Part shown: in pieces, positions 41,595 through 50,934 of the stretch
How the letters are laid out: the number at the start of each line of letters is the position of its first letter
Numbering within the stretch: the stretch's first letter is position 1
NCBI GenBank assembly: GCA_963850255.1
Contig: CAWKLL010000030.1
Location: 1,958-65,957 of the forward strand
Length of the DNA: 64,000 nucleotides
Source of the DNA: an uncultured Gammaproteobacteria bacterium
GTDB lineage: Bacteria > Pseudomonadota > Gammaproteobacteria > Steroidobacterales > GCA-2729495
Reading direction: 5' to 3'
The notes under the pieces: model-generated
The model's input: the letters and a program-made list of their open reading frames with translations, nothing else
Database searches by the model: none
Told to the model about the DNA's origin: nothing
Program-made: the position numbers and the translations under genes

Positions 41595-42572
41595 TCAGTT
41601 CATCCGCTTGCGCCGCAAGCCGGCAAGCAAACCAATGGCTGAAACAAATAGCCACAAAGCCGTCGGCACTGGCACCACGGTGGTGGTAATCCAGGGCAGA
41701 TCTTCGCGAGTCAGCAATCCGGCATCCTCCGGATCAATACCCTCCGGCAACACGAAAGACAGCTTCGCTGTGTTGGTAGCATTCAGCCAGGCAGCCAGCC
41801 CGGGGTCACTCGCCGAAGCACCGATACTAATCTCGGCTTTGAATTCCATCACCACATCCGGCGCCCAGCTAAAGCCGGGGATGGACAAAGCAGCCAGGTA
41901 GTCGGTCTCGTTAAATAACACGGTACCGGCATCACCGACCGCGGTCGGCGTTTCGAAAGCCGCGCCCTGAAATACCCCGTCCTCATCCCAGGTGCCGACC
42001 AGGTTATTCACTAATACGCTGGTTCCGATCACAGTGCCTTGGCTAAAGTTTCGCCATTGAAATTGGCTGGTATAGCTAATCTTCGCGGTCTTGGTTCCGG
42101 TACCAGCACCCACGTTTGTTGGCGCGCCACTTAGCAAGTGTTCGCCACTAACCGCCATACCCAGAATACCGCCCGGAACATTATAGGTATTGGTGGTGTT
42201 GTTCTTAAGAAAAAACCTCACCACATTGGCGCTGGCCTGGACCAGTGGATTACTGTTGTCGCCCAGAGGATCAAAGGCCAGCACGCGCAGTTCGCCGGCT
42301 GGCACATCTACCTGCGCATAGGCATCGGGTAACAAATCGGCTGTTCGGATGGATGCCGAGGCTGGTGTTCCGGGCAAGGACTGCGCCGCGTCGCGGACGG
42401 TAGCGCCCGTCGTATCCCCGGCGGTAGCACTCAGCTCCCAGGCGGATGCGACGGATGAAATGAGCAGCGGAATCAGAAATACCAAGCCACTTGGGCTGAA
42501 TCGGCGAAGCTGCCGAGAAAGCCCCGAACAACCTGGTGCGCCCCCAAAGAGCGCATTGATATTACTTGTCAT
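41595..42572 (-). CDS. secreted protein of unknown function with PEP-CTERM-like (VPxP/VPLPA-type) C-terminal sorting signal
   Basis: Good RBS (AAGGGGG) before ATG 42572. The C-terminus VVPVPTALWLFVSAIGLLAGLRRKRMN combines a short motif, a TM helix and a basic tail, as in exosortase substrates. Confidence 0.6.
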   Translation of the reverse strand: MTSNINALFGGAPGCSGLSRQLRRFSPSGLVFLIPLLISSVASAWELSATAGDTTGATVRDAAQSLPGTPASASIRTADLLPDAYAQVDVPAGELRVLAFDPLGDNSNPLVQASANVVRFFLKNNTTNTYNVPGGILGMAVSGEHLLSGAPTNVGAGTGTKTAKISYTSQFQWRNFSQGTVIGTSVLVNNLVGTWDEDGVFQGAAFETPTAVGDAGTVLFNETDYLAALSIPGFSWAPDVVMEFKAEISIGASASDPGLAAWLNATNTAKLSFVLPEGIDPEDAGLLTREDLPWITTTVVPVPTALWLFVSAIGLLAGLRRKRMN

Positions 42573-42803
42573 TTTTAACCCCCTTGGTGGAAGCGGCACG
42601 AAGGCCGCCTATGCGTCACCGGGAGCGTCTATTCGGTAATCACAATAGACTCAGCCCGGTAAAAAATCAAAATTGCCCGGGGATTATGTTTACTAAGCCG
42701 ATGCTCCGATATCATGCCCTTACGCTAAGCGGCTATACCCATGGTCAGGCGAGCGTTGCCAACACTTGTACTTACCCTTGTCAGGCTCGGAACAAATACA
42801 GGC

Positions 42804-43463
42804 ATGCTGATACATATTCTGCTGGTCGCCCACATCGCTGTACTTGGCTACTGGCTGGGGTCAGAGCTGGTGATTAACGCCAATTTCCGCTTCGTTTCCT
42901 GGGCCAGGAACATGCCCTTCAGCGAACGCGACGGCCTGCTCGATCATGTGCTGGACGTGGATCAGCACGTTCGCTACGCATTGATTCTGCAACTCGGCCT
43001 GGGCACGGCACTGGCCGGACTGCTGGGTTACCTGCCGGGCGGCGGTGGGCTGGCCGCCTCCGCAGGCGTCCTGACCGTAGCCTGGCTGGCCCTGGTGGAG
43101 GCTACTCACCGGCTGCGCAAAGCACCCGTCGGCGCGCTGCTGGCACGCATCGACAGCGGGATTCGTTACTTTCTGATCGCGGCATTGCCCGCACTCTGCG
43201 CCCTGGCTTTGCTCGGGCCGTTGCAGCTGCCTGTGTGGCTGGCCGTAAAGCTGGCGCTGTTTGGCGGAGTCATCCTCTGCGGCCTTGGTATTCGATTGGC
43301 CATCATTCGCTACTACCAGGTCTGGCGAAGTAAAAACGAAGCAGGCGCGCAACCGGGTGATGAAGATCTGGTACGACAGCGTTACTGGCAGGCCACCTGG
43401 ATTCTTATGGTGTTGTGGCTGCTGATTGCGGCGATGCTTGCTCTGAGCTTGTGGAAGCCTTAA
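42804..43463 (+). CDS. integral membrane protein, unknown function
   Basis: ORF from MLIHILLVAHIAVLGYWLG with about 6 hydrophobic helices. No family recognised. Confidence 0.45.
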   Translation: MLIHILLVAHIAVLGYWLGSELVINANFRFVSWARNMPFSERDGLLDHVLDVDQHVRYALILQLGLGTALAGLLGYLPGGGGLAASAGVLTVAWLALVEATHRLRKAPVGALLARIDSGIRYFLIAALPALCALALLGPLQLPVWLAVKLALFGGVILCGLGIRLAIIRYYQVWRSKNEAGAQPGDEDLVRQRYWQATWILMVLWLLIAAMLALSLWKP

Positions 43464-44889
43464 ACACAAAATCCTGTATCCGCTCCTGCATCCAGGCGTG
43501 AAAGGGATTCCAGGTCAGCCGCAACATGTCCGCAGAAGAAACGGACAACACACCGCGTTCACCGCGAAACGACAGCATGCCGAGCTGGACATGCTCGATA
43601 TCGTCACGGATGTCCTTGCCATACAGGGGGTCGTCGGGAGCAAACGGCAGCGCCACGTGGGACAGAGAAAATAACTCGTCCGGCCAGCGCATTCCCAGCG
43701 GTTCAGTGCGGAACTCCGCATCACCGGGCAGATATTTTCGCACCAGTAACTCATCGCTCTCTGCATTGCGATTACCCAGCAAAGTCAGGGTAAATGGCAG
43801 GCGCCGCGAGCTGAGCAGCGGCTTCAGGACTGCTTCGGGATCCTGACTAATCAACTCCGCGATATCAGCCGCCTTATTGATATCGAAAACCACCAGCTCA
43901 TGGCCGTTCTCCGGCAGCTTGTCCATCAGGCCGGTAATCAGTGCCGGTGTGGATACCGTGGCATCCGCGGCAGACTGGAAAGCCAGCACGGGCGGGAAGC
44001 GCTGCAACTGGCCCTGCTTGCCCAGTCGCTCGAGTTGCGCGGCAATCTCCGCCGTCAGCCGATAAGTCTGATCACCCGCGTTGACCGCGAAGGACTGGTA
44101 TTTAAAGGGGTTATATTCGGGCAACACCGAATTCCACTGCAATTTGTCCAGGCCCAGCAGGCCGCCAATGCGTTCCTGCCAGATGGCAAATGCGGCCAGG
44201 GCTGTAACGCCAATAGCCGGCGAAATCAGCACAATATTGGCGGGCATGGTGAGACTGTCATCGCTTAGCGCGGACAGCGCGTACTGGACCCCAAGCGCAC
44301 CCCCGTTGGAGTAACCAACGATGGTGATGGGCCGCTCACCCACCCGGGCAGACAGATGCGTCATGGCCAGACGAACGGCAGCCGCCATATCCTGCCAGCT
44401 GACATCCACCAGTCCGGCCGGCGCCGTGCCGTGGCCGGGGATGCGCAAGCCAAGTACCCAGGCGCCTTCGGCGTGCAGGCGCAATCCCTGACTGCGCAGG
44501 CTATACGGTGAATCGCTCATACCATGCAGCAACAAGACACCGGCGCGCGGGGCTGCCTGCGGCAATTCAAAGCTGCGGTTCCAGTTCTGCGCCCAGCGAT
44601 CCGGATGCGCGGGGCTGTTGCGGTAGTAGCGATTTAACAAGCGCGAATCAGGCGAGCTGAGTCTGTCGACAAGCTTGTCGTCCAGCTCGGCAAACAGTCG
44701 CTCCTCCAGCGCCAGGTAGCCGGCAAAGTCTGCGACCTCGGATTGCTCGGTAAACTCTTCGCTGAGCTGAACCTCATGCCACGGCGACAAGTCCGGTTGG
44801 TTGTTGACGAACCAGATACCGGCAGCCAGACCGGTGACCAGCCCGCCCAGTAACAGCAGGCCAAGGATTTTGGCAGCGCGCTTCAGCAT
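43405..44889 (-). CDS. membrane-anchored alpha/beta hydrolase (lysophospholipase-like)
   Basis: 494-aa ORF with an N-terminal TM (ILGLLLLGGLVTGLAAGIWFV). Contains VLLLHGMSDSPYS and the nucleophile elbow IVGYSNGGALG. Confidence 0.7.
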   Translation of the reverse strand: MLKRAAKILGLLLLGGLVTGLAAGIWFVNNQPDLSPWHEVQLSEEFTEQSEVADFAGYLALEERLFAELDDKLVDRLSSPDSRLLNRYYRNSPAHPDRWAQNWNRSFELPQAAPRAGVLLLHGMSDSPYSLRSQGLRLHAEGAWVLGLRIPGHGTAPAGLVDVSWQDMAAAVRLAMTHLSARVGERPITIVGYSNGGALGVQYALSALSDDSLTMPANIVLISPAIGVTALAAFAIWQERIGGLLGLDKLQWNSVLPEYNPFKYQSFAVNAGDQTYRLTAEIAAQLERLGKQGQLQRFPPVLAFQSAADATVSTPALITGLMDKLPENGHELVVFDINKAADIAELISQDPEAVLKPLLSSRRLPFTLTLLGNRNAESDELLVRKYLPGDAEFRTEPLGMRWPDELFSLSHVALPFAPDDPLYGKDIRDDIEHVQLGMLSFRGERGVLSVSSADMLRLTWNPFHAWMQERIQDFVFKASTSSEQASPQSAATTP

Positions 44890-45006
44890 GATTTTCCTTT
44901 GCAGCGTGCCATCACACTACCCGTTATGCCTTACTCTGAAAACAGGCCACGCGCCAAGCAGAAGTTGATCGCTTGCCAGGAGTAGCCGGGAGAAAGCCCC
45001 CGGCAT

Positions 45007-45038
45007 AAAAAAAGGCGGTCCATGCGGACCGCCTTTTT
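45007..45038 (-). terminator. bidirectional rho-independent terminator downstream of the cold-shock gene
   Basis: ggcggtcc-atgc-ggaccgcc stem (45014-45033), flanked by A7 on the left (a U-run on the minus strand) and T5 on the right. Confidence 0.8.
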
Positions 45039-45077
45039 CAGGCTATGGCCTTGGCGCCGAACCGGCGCCTGGCAGCC

Positions 45078-45281
45078 TCAGGCTTCCTGCAGATTGCCGG
45101 CAGCCGAGCGACCGCGCTCTTCGATTACGTCAAAGCTGACGCGCTGGCCGTCATTCAAAGTGGCCATACCAGCTTTTTCTACGGCACTGATGTGTACAAA
45201 CACATCTTTGCTGCCATCTTCGGGCTGGATGAAACCGAAACCTTTCTTCGAATCAAAAAATTTAACTGTACCGATAGCCAT
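45078..45281 (-). CDS. cold-shock protein, CspA family
   Basis: 67 aa from [34 protein letters not shown] (RNP1 KGFGFI, RNP2 VFVHI). AGGAGG RBS. Confidence 0.95.
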   Translation of the reverse strand: MAIGTVKFFDSKKGFGFIQPEDGSKDVFVHISAVEKAGMATLNDGQRVSFDVIEERGRSAAGNLQEA

Positions 45282-45580
45282 TTTTGGCCTCCTGGAATAG
45301 ATAGTGTCCACGCACAAATCGGGCGTGGTTTCGAACAACCGTAGCGCAGTGGGTGTCTTGAATCGTTTACCCGTGAACCGGGTCGGAAGTCAAAAAGCAG
45401 GCCAAAACGTAGATCGCAGGCAAAGTCTGGCGCAATAATCCGAGAAACGCAAACGTCGATAACAGGCTAATAATGTCTTTCAGACAAGCGCTTACCCGTG
45501 CCAGCCGGGCGGATTGGCCATCCGGATTGGCGGTCTGCGCCAGTCACCAGTCGCTCTGGCGCCAGACCGCTCTGGCGGGA

Positions 45581-47077
45581 TCAATCAGTGTCGAAGGTGG
45601 CGGCCGAAAGGCCCGTCGCAATATCGAATTTGGGCACAATGCGTACATCAATTCGGCGATTGCGAGCGCGACCCTGGGGGGTTTCATTGTTGGCCACCGG
45701 CCGGGTTTCGCCGTAACCGACCGCGTTGACCTGCTCTGACGCGAGACCCATCTGCACCATCAGATACTCGCGAACCGAGGCTGCACGTTGCTCCGAGAGC
45801 GTCAGATTCTCGTCGTCGCCACCATAGGAATCCGTATGGCCTTCGATGATGACCTGGCTGTCGGCAAACACCCGAATGGCATCTTCCACCTTGTTCAGGA
45901 TCTGGAAGTTGGCGGCATCAATATCGGCACTGCCGGAGTCGAAACTCAGACCCACCAGCCGAATATAGATCTCGTTGGAATCACGAAACACCTCGGCTTC
46001 CGCGCGCGCAAAGGTACTTTCAATCTTCTTTACCTGCTGCCGTAACTGCTCCTGGGCAAGCAGCCGCTGTTGCAGGTATTCCTGCTCGTCAGCCACGCCA
46101 CCGAGCTCTTCCTGCAGGCGAGTTACCTCGTCATTCAGGCTCATGATTTCATCGTTGCGATCGGCAATCTGCTGACCCAATTCGTGAGACTCGGCGCGCT
46201 GATCGCCCAGATAGTCGATAACAGCCTGCATCGGGCCCTGGTAGCCGGCATCGAACTCGGCATTCATATCTGCAGCAGCAGCAATCTGTTGCAATGGCGA
46301 TTCCCATTCCAGGATCAGCGACTCCGGCGTACGCCGCAGAGTCTTGGCTTCCTTTAAGTAGGCCGTCAGATGCAAAGCGTGACGAGCCTCATACTTCGCT
46401 TCCCGGGCCAGGCTACGCGGTTTGTCAGTGTCATAGCGATTTTGAGTCAGCTCTACTTCTGCACTTTGCAGCAGCAACTTGGCCGTAGCCAGGGTTTCCG
46501 GCGCGTATTTTTTCGCGCCCTGCCTTTCAGCCTGCACGATCAGCAATTCGGTCTCGGCCAGGTACATGGTCTTGATCGCAGTCAGCTCAGCCTCGCGGTA
46601 CAGACCCGTGGCACTGGCGGCGCTGCGCTCGGCATCCCGCCCCCGGCCGCCCTCGTTATCGGCGATGGCGTCGCGATACAGAGTTTCAGCGCGTTTCCAT
46701 TCGCGAGCCGAGTACTGGGCGGCCTCCACTGTCTGCGCGTCGGCGCGGGCCTTGATTAATTTGCCCAGTTGCTGCTTCGCCAGCTCGGCGACCATTTCGG
46801 CCTGCTGGAAAGCCTTGATGGCCTTTTCCAGATCTTTCTGCACGCTATCAATAGAGCGCGCTTCGCTGAAGCGCTTTTCAGCACTGCGATAGGCTTTGGC
46901 GCCCCTGGCATAAGCTGCCGGGGCCAGGTTCACGCCGTCTTTGGCATCGGCGGCCTGACGGGCTGTGGTAGCCGGCTGAAACAGTCGGTCTCTCACGCTC
47001 TGGGCAGCGGCACCGCTGCTTATCAGCAGCAGGCTCAGGGCCAGGCCCAGGATCAGCGAAATCTTGCTCGAATGCAT
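45581..47077 (-). CDS. OmpA-family protein with long coiled-coil/DUF4398-like N-terminal region
   Basis: Start MHSSKISLILGLALSLLLISSGAAAQS (signal). The C-terminal OmpA-like domain has IIEGHTDSYGGDDENLTLSEQRAASV and NRRIDVRI. Confidence 0.8.
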   Translation of the reverse strand: MHSSKISLILGLALSLLLISSGAAAQSVRDRLFQPATTARQAADAKDGVNLAPAAYARGAKAYRSAEKRFSEARSIDSVQKDLEKAIKAFQQAEMVAELAKQQLGKLIKARADAQTVEAAQYSAREWKRAETLYRDAIADNEGGRGRDAERSAASATGLYREAELTAIKTMYLAETELLIVQAERQGAKKYAPETLATAKLLLQSAEVELTQNRYDTDKPRSLAREAKYEARHALHLTAYLKEAKTLRRTPESLILEWESPLQQIAAAADMNAEFDAGYQGPMQAVIDYLGDQRAESHELGQQIADRNDEIMSLNDEVTRLQEELGGVADEQEYLQQRLLAQEQLRQQVKKIESTFARAEAEVFRDSNEIYIRLVGLSFDSGSADIDAANFQILNKVEDAIRVFADSQVIIEGHTDSYGGDDENLTLSEQRAASVREYLMVQMGLASEQVNAVGYGETRPVANNETPQGRARNRRIDVRIVPKFDIATGLSAATFDTD

Positions 47078-47286
47078 GTCGACCTCCGTGTCGAACATCT
47101 GTGTCAGTAACTGACTCTTATAGTAAGAACTGCGCGGGAGCGGAAAGCGGCAACAGGTCACGTTTTGTTAAACAAACGGGGGTCGGGCGGGGCCACCGTT
47201 AACCCAAATCGTGAGCCAGCTCACTGCAGACAGCCCGGCCAGACTTCACTGTCAGGCTGTTGTGTAGTGTGCTTGGGAGACGCGTC

Positions 47287-47910
47287 ATGTATCAGTGGCG
47301 AATTTTGATTCTGGTAAGCGGCCTGCTGGCGCTTGCCGGCTGTGGCGGCATGAGCGCCAGTGAGTGCGAGCTGGCCGACTGGCGAGCCGTGGGTTACGAA
47401 GACGGTGTGCGCGGTAGCTCCACCGATGCCTTTGGGCGGCATCGCAAAAGCTGCGCCAAGCACGAAGTGGCCCCTGACTTTAACAACTACCAGGTCGGCC
47501 GAGAGGCAGGCCTGCGCGAGTACTGCCAGCCGGAACGCGGTTACCAGGAAGGCTCGCGCGGCGCCAAGTACCTGGGCGTCTGTCCCGCGGACCTGGAAGC
47601 CAGCTTCTATGACAACTATCTGGAAGGCCAGATTCTCTACAACCTGGAATCGGCCGTGGCGAAAACTTCGCGGCAGATCGATTCGAACAAGTCGCGCATG
47701 AAAACCATTGAAAACAAACTGGCCGGCAATACCTCAGAAGTATTGAGTGATCTTTCCGGCGAGGAGCTGGCTGCGATTCTGGTAGAAACCAAGCAACTGG
47801 CCGAAGAGCGCATTGAACTGGGTCAGGAAAACGAGCAGCTCGAAGCGCGCCTGGAACGCGAGAAGGACGAACTGGCGGCGCACAAAAACCAGCTGGTTTC
47901 GCGCCGCTAA
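47287..47910 (+). CDS. DUF2799 domain lipoprotein with C-terminal coiled coil
   Basis: MYQWRILILVSGLLALAGC lipobox. CELADWRAVGYEDGVRG...YCQPERGYQEGSRGAKYLGVCP is the DUF2799 repeat pattern. Confidence 0.65.
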   Translation: MYQWRILILVSGLLALAGCGGMSASECELADWRAVGYEDGVRGSSTDAFGRHRKSCAKHEVAPDFNNYQVGREAGLREYCQPERGYQEGSRGAKYLGVCPADLEASFYDNYLEGQILYNLESAVAKTSRQIDSNKSRMKTIENKLAGNTSEVLSDLSGEELAAILVETKQLAEERIELGQENEQLEARLEREKDELAAHKNQLVSRR

Positions 47911-48059
47911 CAGGACCAGGCCGACTTCCGGGGTCGCGAGTGCGCGCCCGGCGGTTCGGCTTGCGGCCCGGCTACCAAGCCGCAGGCTGCGATCCGCTGA
48001 CCATTTCACGCCGGACTTACTGGCCGCCCCACATCACGGAATAGGCCAGCAGCAGGCGA

Positions 48060-48961
48060 TTACACATTGTCGCCGTTGTCGCGCTGGGTTTCGCCGCGTA
48101 TCAGAGAGATCTTGATACCCTGGCGACGATCAATGGGAAAGCCGAAGCTGGCGGCCAGCAGGGTTTTTTCGATTCGATCATTTTTGGATACACCGTTGAT
48201 GGTCGATTCTCCACCCCCACCATAGGCCGCACTGAACGAAGCCCACAAGCCCGGCCGAAAGCTGTAGACAAGTGGGACTGGATGCATAGAAGGGATCCTG
48301 TTCGCGGCTACTGTCGCCCCAAAGTCATCGTTATCGGTGTAAAGAAATGCCGACGCGGTGACTTCGCCTGACCAATTGCCCCAGTTATGCACTAGGCCGA
48401 TATGCGGGCGAAAGGTCCAGCGGTTCGTCGATAGGTTAATCAGCCGATCATCCTGATAGTCGCCCAGCGGCGCTGTGATCTCGAGGCCCGCGCCGACAAT
48501 GGTGGTGACCTTGAAACGCTGAAACTCCGCGCCCCGCTGGGCCGGCGAGCCGAGCAGATTGACCGCGAAACGAAATCGCGGATCAGCGAACCCACGGCGG
48601 CGCGTGGAAGCCGGCCGGCCCTGCAAAAGGCCCTGCCAGCGGCCAGTGGAGTAAGGCACCAGTACGTCGATGCGTCCCGACTTGCCAAACACATCCAGCG
48701 CGCGCACATAGGAGAAAACCGCCGTGTGCACCTCGCCCGTGACCTCCTCAAGTTCCAGCGCGGGTCAAACAAAATGTCCGAATCCGAGTAGCTGTAAGCG
48801 AGCGCGGCAAAATTGGCGCCCACGGGCAAGTGCGACCAGCGTCGAGGTTCAAGTTCCTGGGCTTGCAGCGGGCCAGTCGAAAGGATGGCGAATAGCAGCC
48901 ATGTGCCGTGCAACTTCGGCCAGAAGCAAGAGGTGCTGGGCGACAGGCGGTGACAGAACAC
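48060..48961 (-). pseudogene. outer-membrane channel of the MetA/phenol-degradation-like 'transporter' family; one frame break near 48772
   Basis: Track ORFs 48440-48961 and 48060-48731 join as ...QELEPRRWSHLPVGANFAALAYSYSDSDILFDP | ...ELEEVTGEVHTAVFSYVRALDVFGKSGRIDVLVPY... This is a beta-strand-rich, Phenol_MetA_deg-like pattern. Confidence 0.5.
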
Positions 48962-48967
48962 GTCGTT

Positions 48968-49198
48968 CTACCTGACTGCCGCGGCCAGCGGCGGGAAACG
49001 GTCCTGGCGCTGGCAATTAAGCGTGATGCCCGGATGGGTCAGGGTAATTTCTTCGGCCCCGGGTGGCATGCTGGTGCCGGCCAGTAATTCGCCCGAGGCC
49101 GGATCGCTGAGCGTCAGACGAAATTCATCGACCAGCCCGTTGCCGTCGGTCGCGGGATACCAGGCGCGCAATAACTGCATCTGCATGAGCCTGTTCAT
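48968..49198 (-). CDS. hypothetical small protein (76 aa)
   Basis: The ORF sits 6 nt upstream of the porin-like gene and 66 nt downstream of the CpcT-like gene. No family recognised. Confidence 0.3.
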   Translation of the reverse strand: MNRLMQMQLLRAWYPATDGNGLVDEFRLTLSDPASGELLAGTSMPPGAEEITLTHPGITLNCQRQDRFPPLAAAVR

Positions 49199-49264
49199 TG
49201 GCCGCGGTGATTGTCGACATTATAACCCCGGTCGTGACCATCGATTTCTAAAACGGGCTTGAGG

Positions 49265-50014
49265 TCACCGCTGCGGAGCATAGCAACGGTAGGGCCGCGC
49301 GCGGTACAGACGCGTATGGGTCAGATCTTTGCGGCCAATGAACTGCACACCGCGTATTTTGTTGGTGTCGTAGACCCATAATTCTTCAGGCGTAAGCACC
49401 CACTCGGCATCGGCGAAAAATTCGGCGCCCGACGAAGAAATATAGTTGCAGGTACCCGGACCGTACTTGCGCCGATCTTCGGTCTTGCCATCCAGCACCG
49501 CCATCAACTGCTGGCCGTCGCGCCGCCAGATGAAGTCGCAATTGATTGCTGATTCATCGCGCATGCGAACCTCGCTCCACAGCTCCGGATGGTCCTGCAG
49601 ATTGCGAAAGCGGGCCGCGTCGGCCGGCGGCTGGCCGTTGATCACCACCACCCCGCGCTGTTCATCGATCCAGGCTTTGTAAACGATTTCGGAGCGCGGC
49701 AATACCGGTCCGTCGCGGCCACCCATCAGTATCTCGCCGTAAAACACCACCTCACCCACTTGCGGCGCGTCAATCAGCGCGAAAGTCCGGTGCCAGTGTT
49801 CGTGTTCACCCTCTTCCGGCAGGGTGACATTGCGCTCGTACCAGATCTGCGGGTAGGAATCCCAGGCGCCGGGCAGCCAGGTCTTGAGGTCGGCCATGAT
49901 GGCTTCAAGCTGGGCGCGGTCGAAGTCGTAGTTGGGAGCTGCCTGGGCCGGAGCCATCAGCATGGCCATCAAGCCGATTGCCGGCAGCCATAGCTGGCGC
50001 GCAATTAGTCTCAT
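49265..50014 (-). CDS. secreted protein, possible CpcT/CpeT-like (DUF1001) beta-barrel
   Basis: Start MRLIARQLWLPAIGLMAMLMAPAQAAP with a GGGGAGGA RBS. The pattern LKTWLPGAWDS..Q, VFYGE, a conserved Cys pair region and C-terminal D.N/G blocks resemble CpcT-family proteins. Recognition is weak. Confidence 0.35.
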   Translation of the reverse strand: MRLIARQLWLPAIGLMAMLMAPAQAAPNYDFDRAQLEAIMADLKTWLPGAWDSYPQIWYERNVTLPEEGEHEHWHRTFALIDAPQVGEVVFYGEILMGGRDGPVLPRSEIVYKAWIDEQRGVVVINGQPPADAARFRNLQDHPELWSEVRMRDESAINCDFIWRRDGQQLMAVLDGKTEDRRKYGPGTCNYISSSGAEFFADAEWVLTPEELWVYDTNKIRGVQFIGRKDLTHTRLYRARPYRCYAPQR

Positions 50015-50106
50015 AGCGATCCTCCCCAGGGTACTGACATGAGAATCCTTCAAGCCGGAGACCGATGCAAGTCAATGTGACCCGGTGTAGCCTGGATTAT
50101 AGCGAC

Positions 50107-50934
50107 CTATTTCCAGCTCGCCGGATCGACGCCATAGAATTTGCGCAACTGTGCATATAGGTCCGGCAAGCGCTCGCGCATCAAGGTAGCGCGCTCAAAG
50201 AACGTCTCTGTTGCCACCGCGAAAAACTCCGGTGGCGAGGTGGCGGCGTAACTATCCAGTACCCGGTTTTTGCGTCGTTCCACCCGCCGGATAAGCTCGG
50301 CAAATTCATCATTGAGGACACGTGCCCATTCAGGATAATCGGCCGACTCGCGCAGGATGGGTAAACCATCAACTACGCCGTTTTCTTCATCAAGTTTATG
50401 GGCGAACTCATGCAAAACTACGTTGTGGCCGTCATCCGGATCGGCGATGCCTTTGAGCACGTCGCTCCAGGCAAGCACCAGCGGACCGGTATGCCAGCTT
50501 TCGCCGGCGCGCGTCGAGATGCTTTCAGTGACGATGCCGCCGTCAATCTGCCGCTGCGGTGCGACGTAGGTACTGGAATAAACGAGGATTGAGCGGAACC
50601 CGGGGAAGTAATCCGGATCACGATTGAGCAGCAGTACGCAGGCGTTGCCGGCGATGGTGACACGCATCTCATCAGTAACTTCGAGACCGTCGCAACCAAC
50701 GAACTCCTTGCCGGCCAGGAATATATTGACATAGCCACGCAGCTCCGCCTGCAGCTCCAGGGGCATTAGATTGTAGAGCGGCACATTGCGTTCAAGGATA
50801 GACACTGCGGCCGGGTCGAGATTCTGCTCGCGCAGGCGCGCGCGACGCCAGCGCCGGATCCAGCGCTGGGCAAAGTAAATCAGCCAGGCAGACACGATCA
50901 GCCCGACAACAACCAGAAAGAATTCACGCGGCAT
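50107..50934 (-). CDS. M90-family (MtfA-like) zinc metallopeptidase with N-terminal TM segment
   Basis: HEFAHKLD zinc motif. Family context [20 protein letters not shown]-terminal [17 protein letters not shown]. Confidence 0.7.
   Translation of the reverse strand: MPREFFLVVVGLIVSAWLIYFAQRWIRRWRRARLREQNLDPAAVSILERNVPLYNLMPLELQAELRGYVNIFLAGKEFVGCDGLEVTDEMRVTIAGNACVLLLNRDPDYFPGFRSILVYSSTYVAPQRQIDGGIVTESISTRAGESWHTGPLVLAWSDVLKGIADPDDGHNVVLHEFAHKLDEENGVVDGLPILRESADYPEWARVLNDEFAELIRRVERRKNRVLDSYAATSPPEFFAVATETFFERATLMRERLPDLYAQLRKFYGVDPASWK

Noticed and set aside
43405-43463. 59-nt convergent overlap between the membrane protein gene and the alpha/beta hydrolase gene as a regulatory antisense arrangement
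   Set aside because: Given the frequency of indels in this sequence, the hydrolase C-terminal tail (…KASTSSEQASPQSAATTP) may be an artefactual read-through, because a stop is available one frame over near 43470. The evidence is not strong enough to report.
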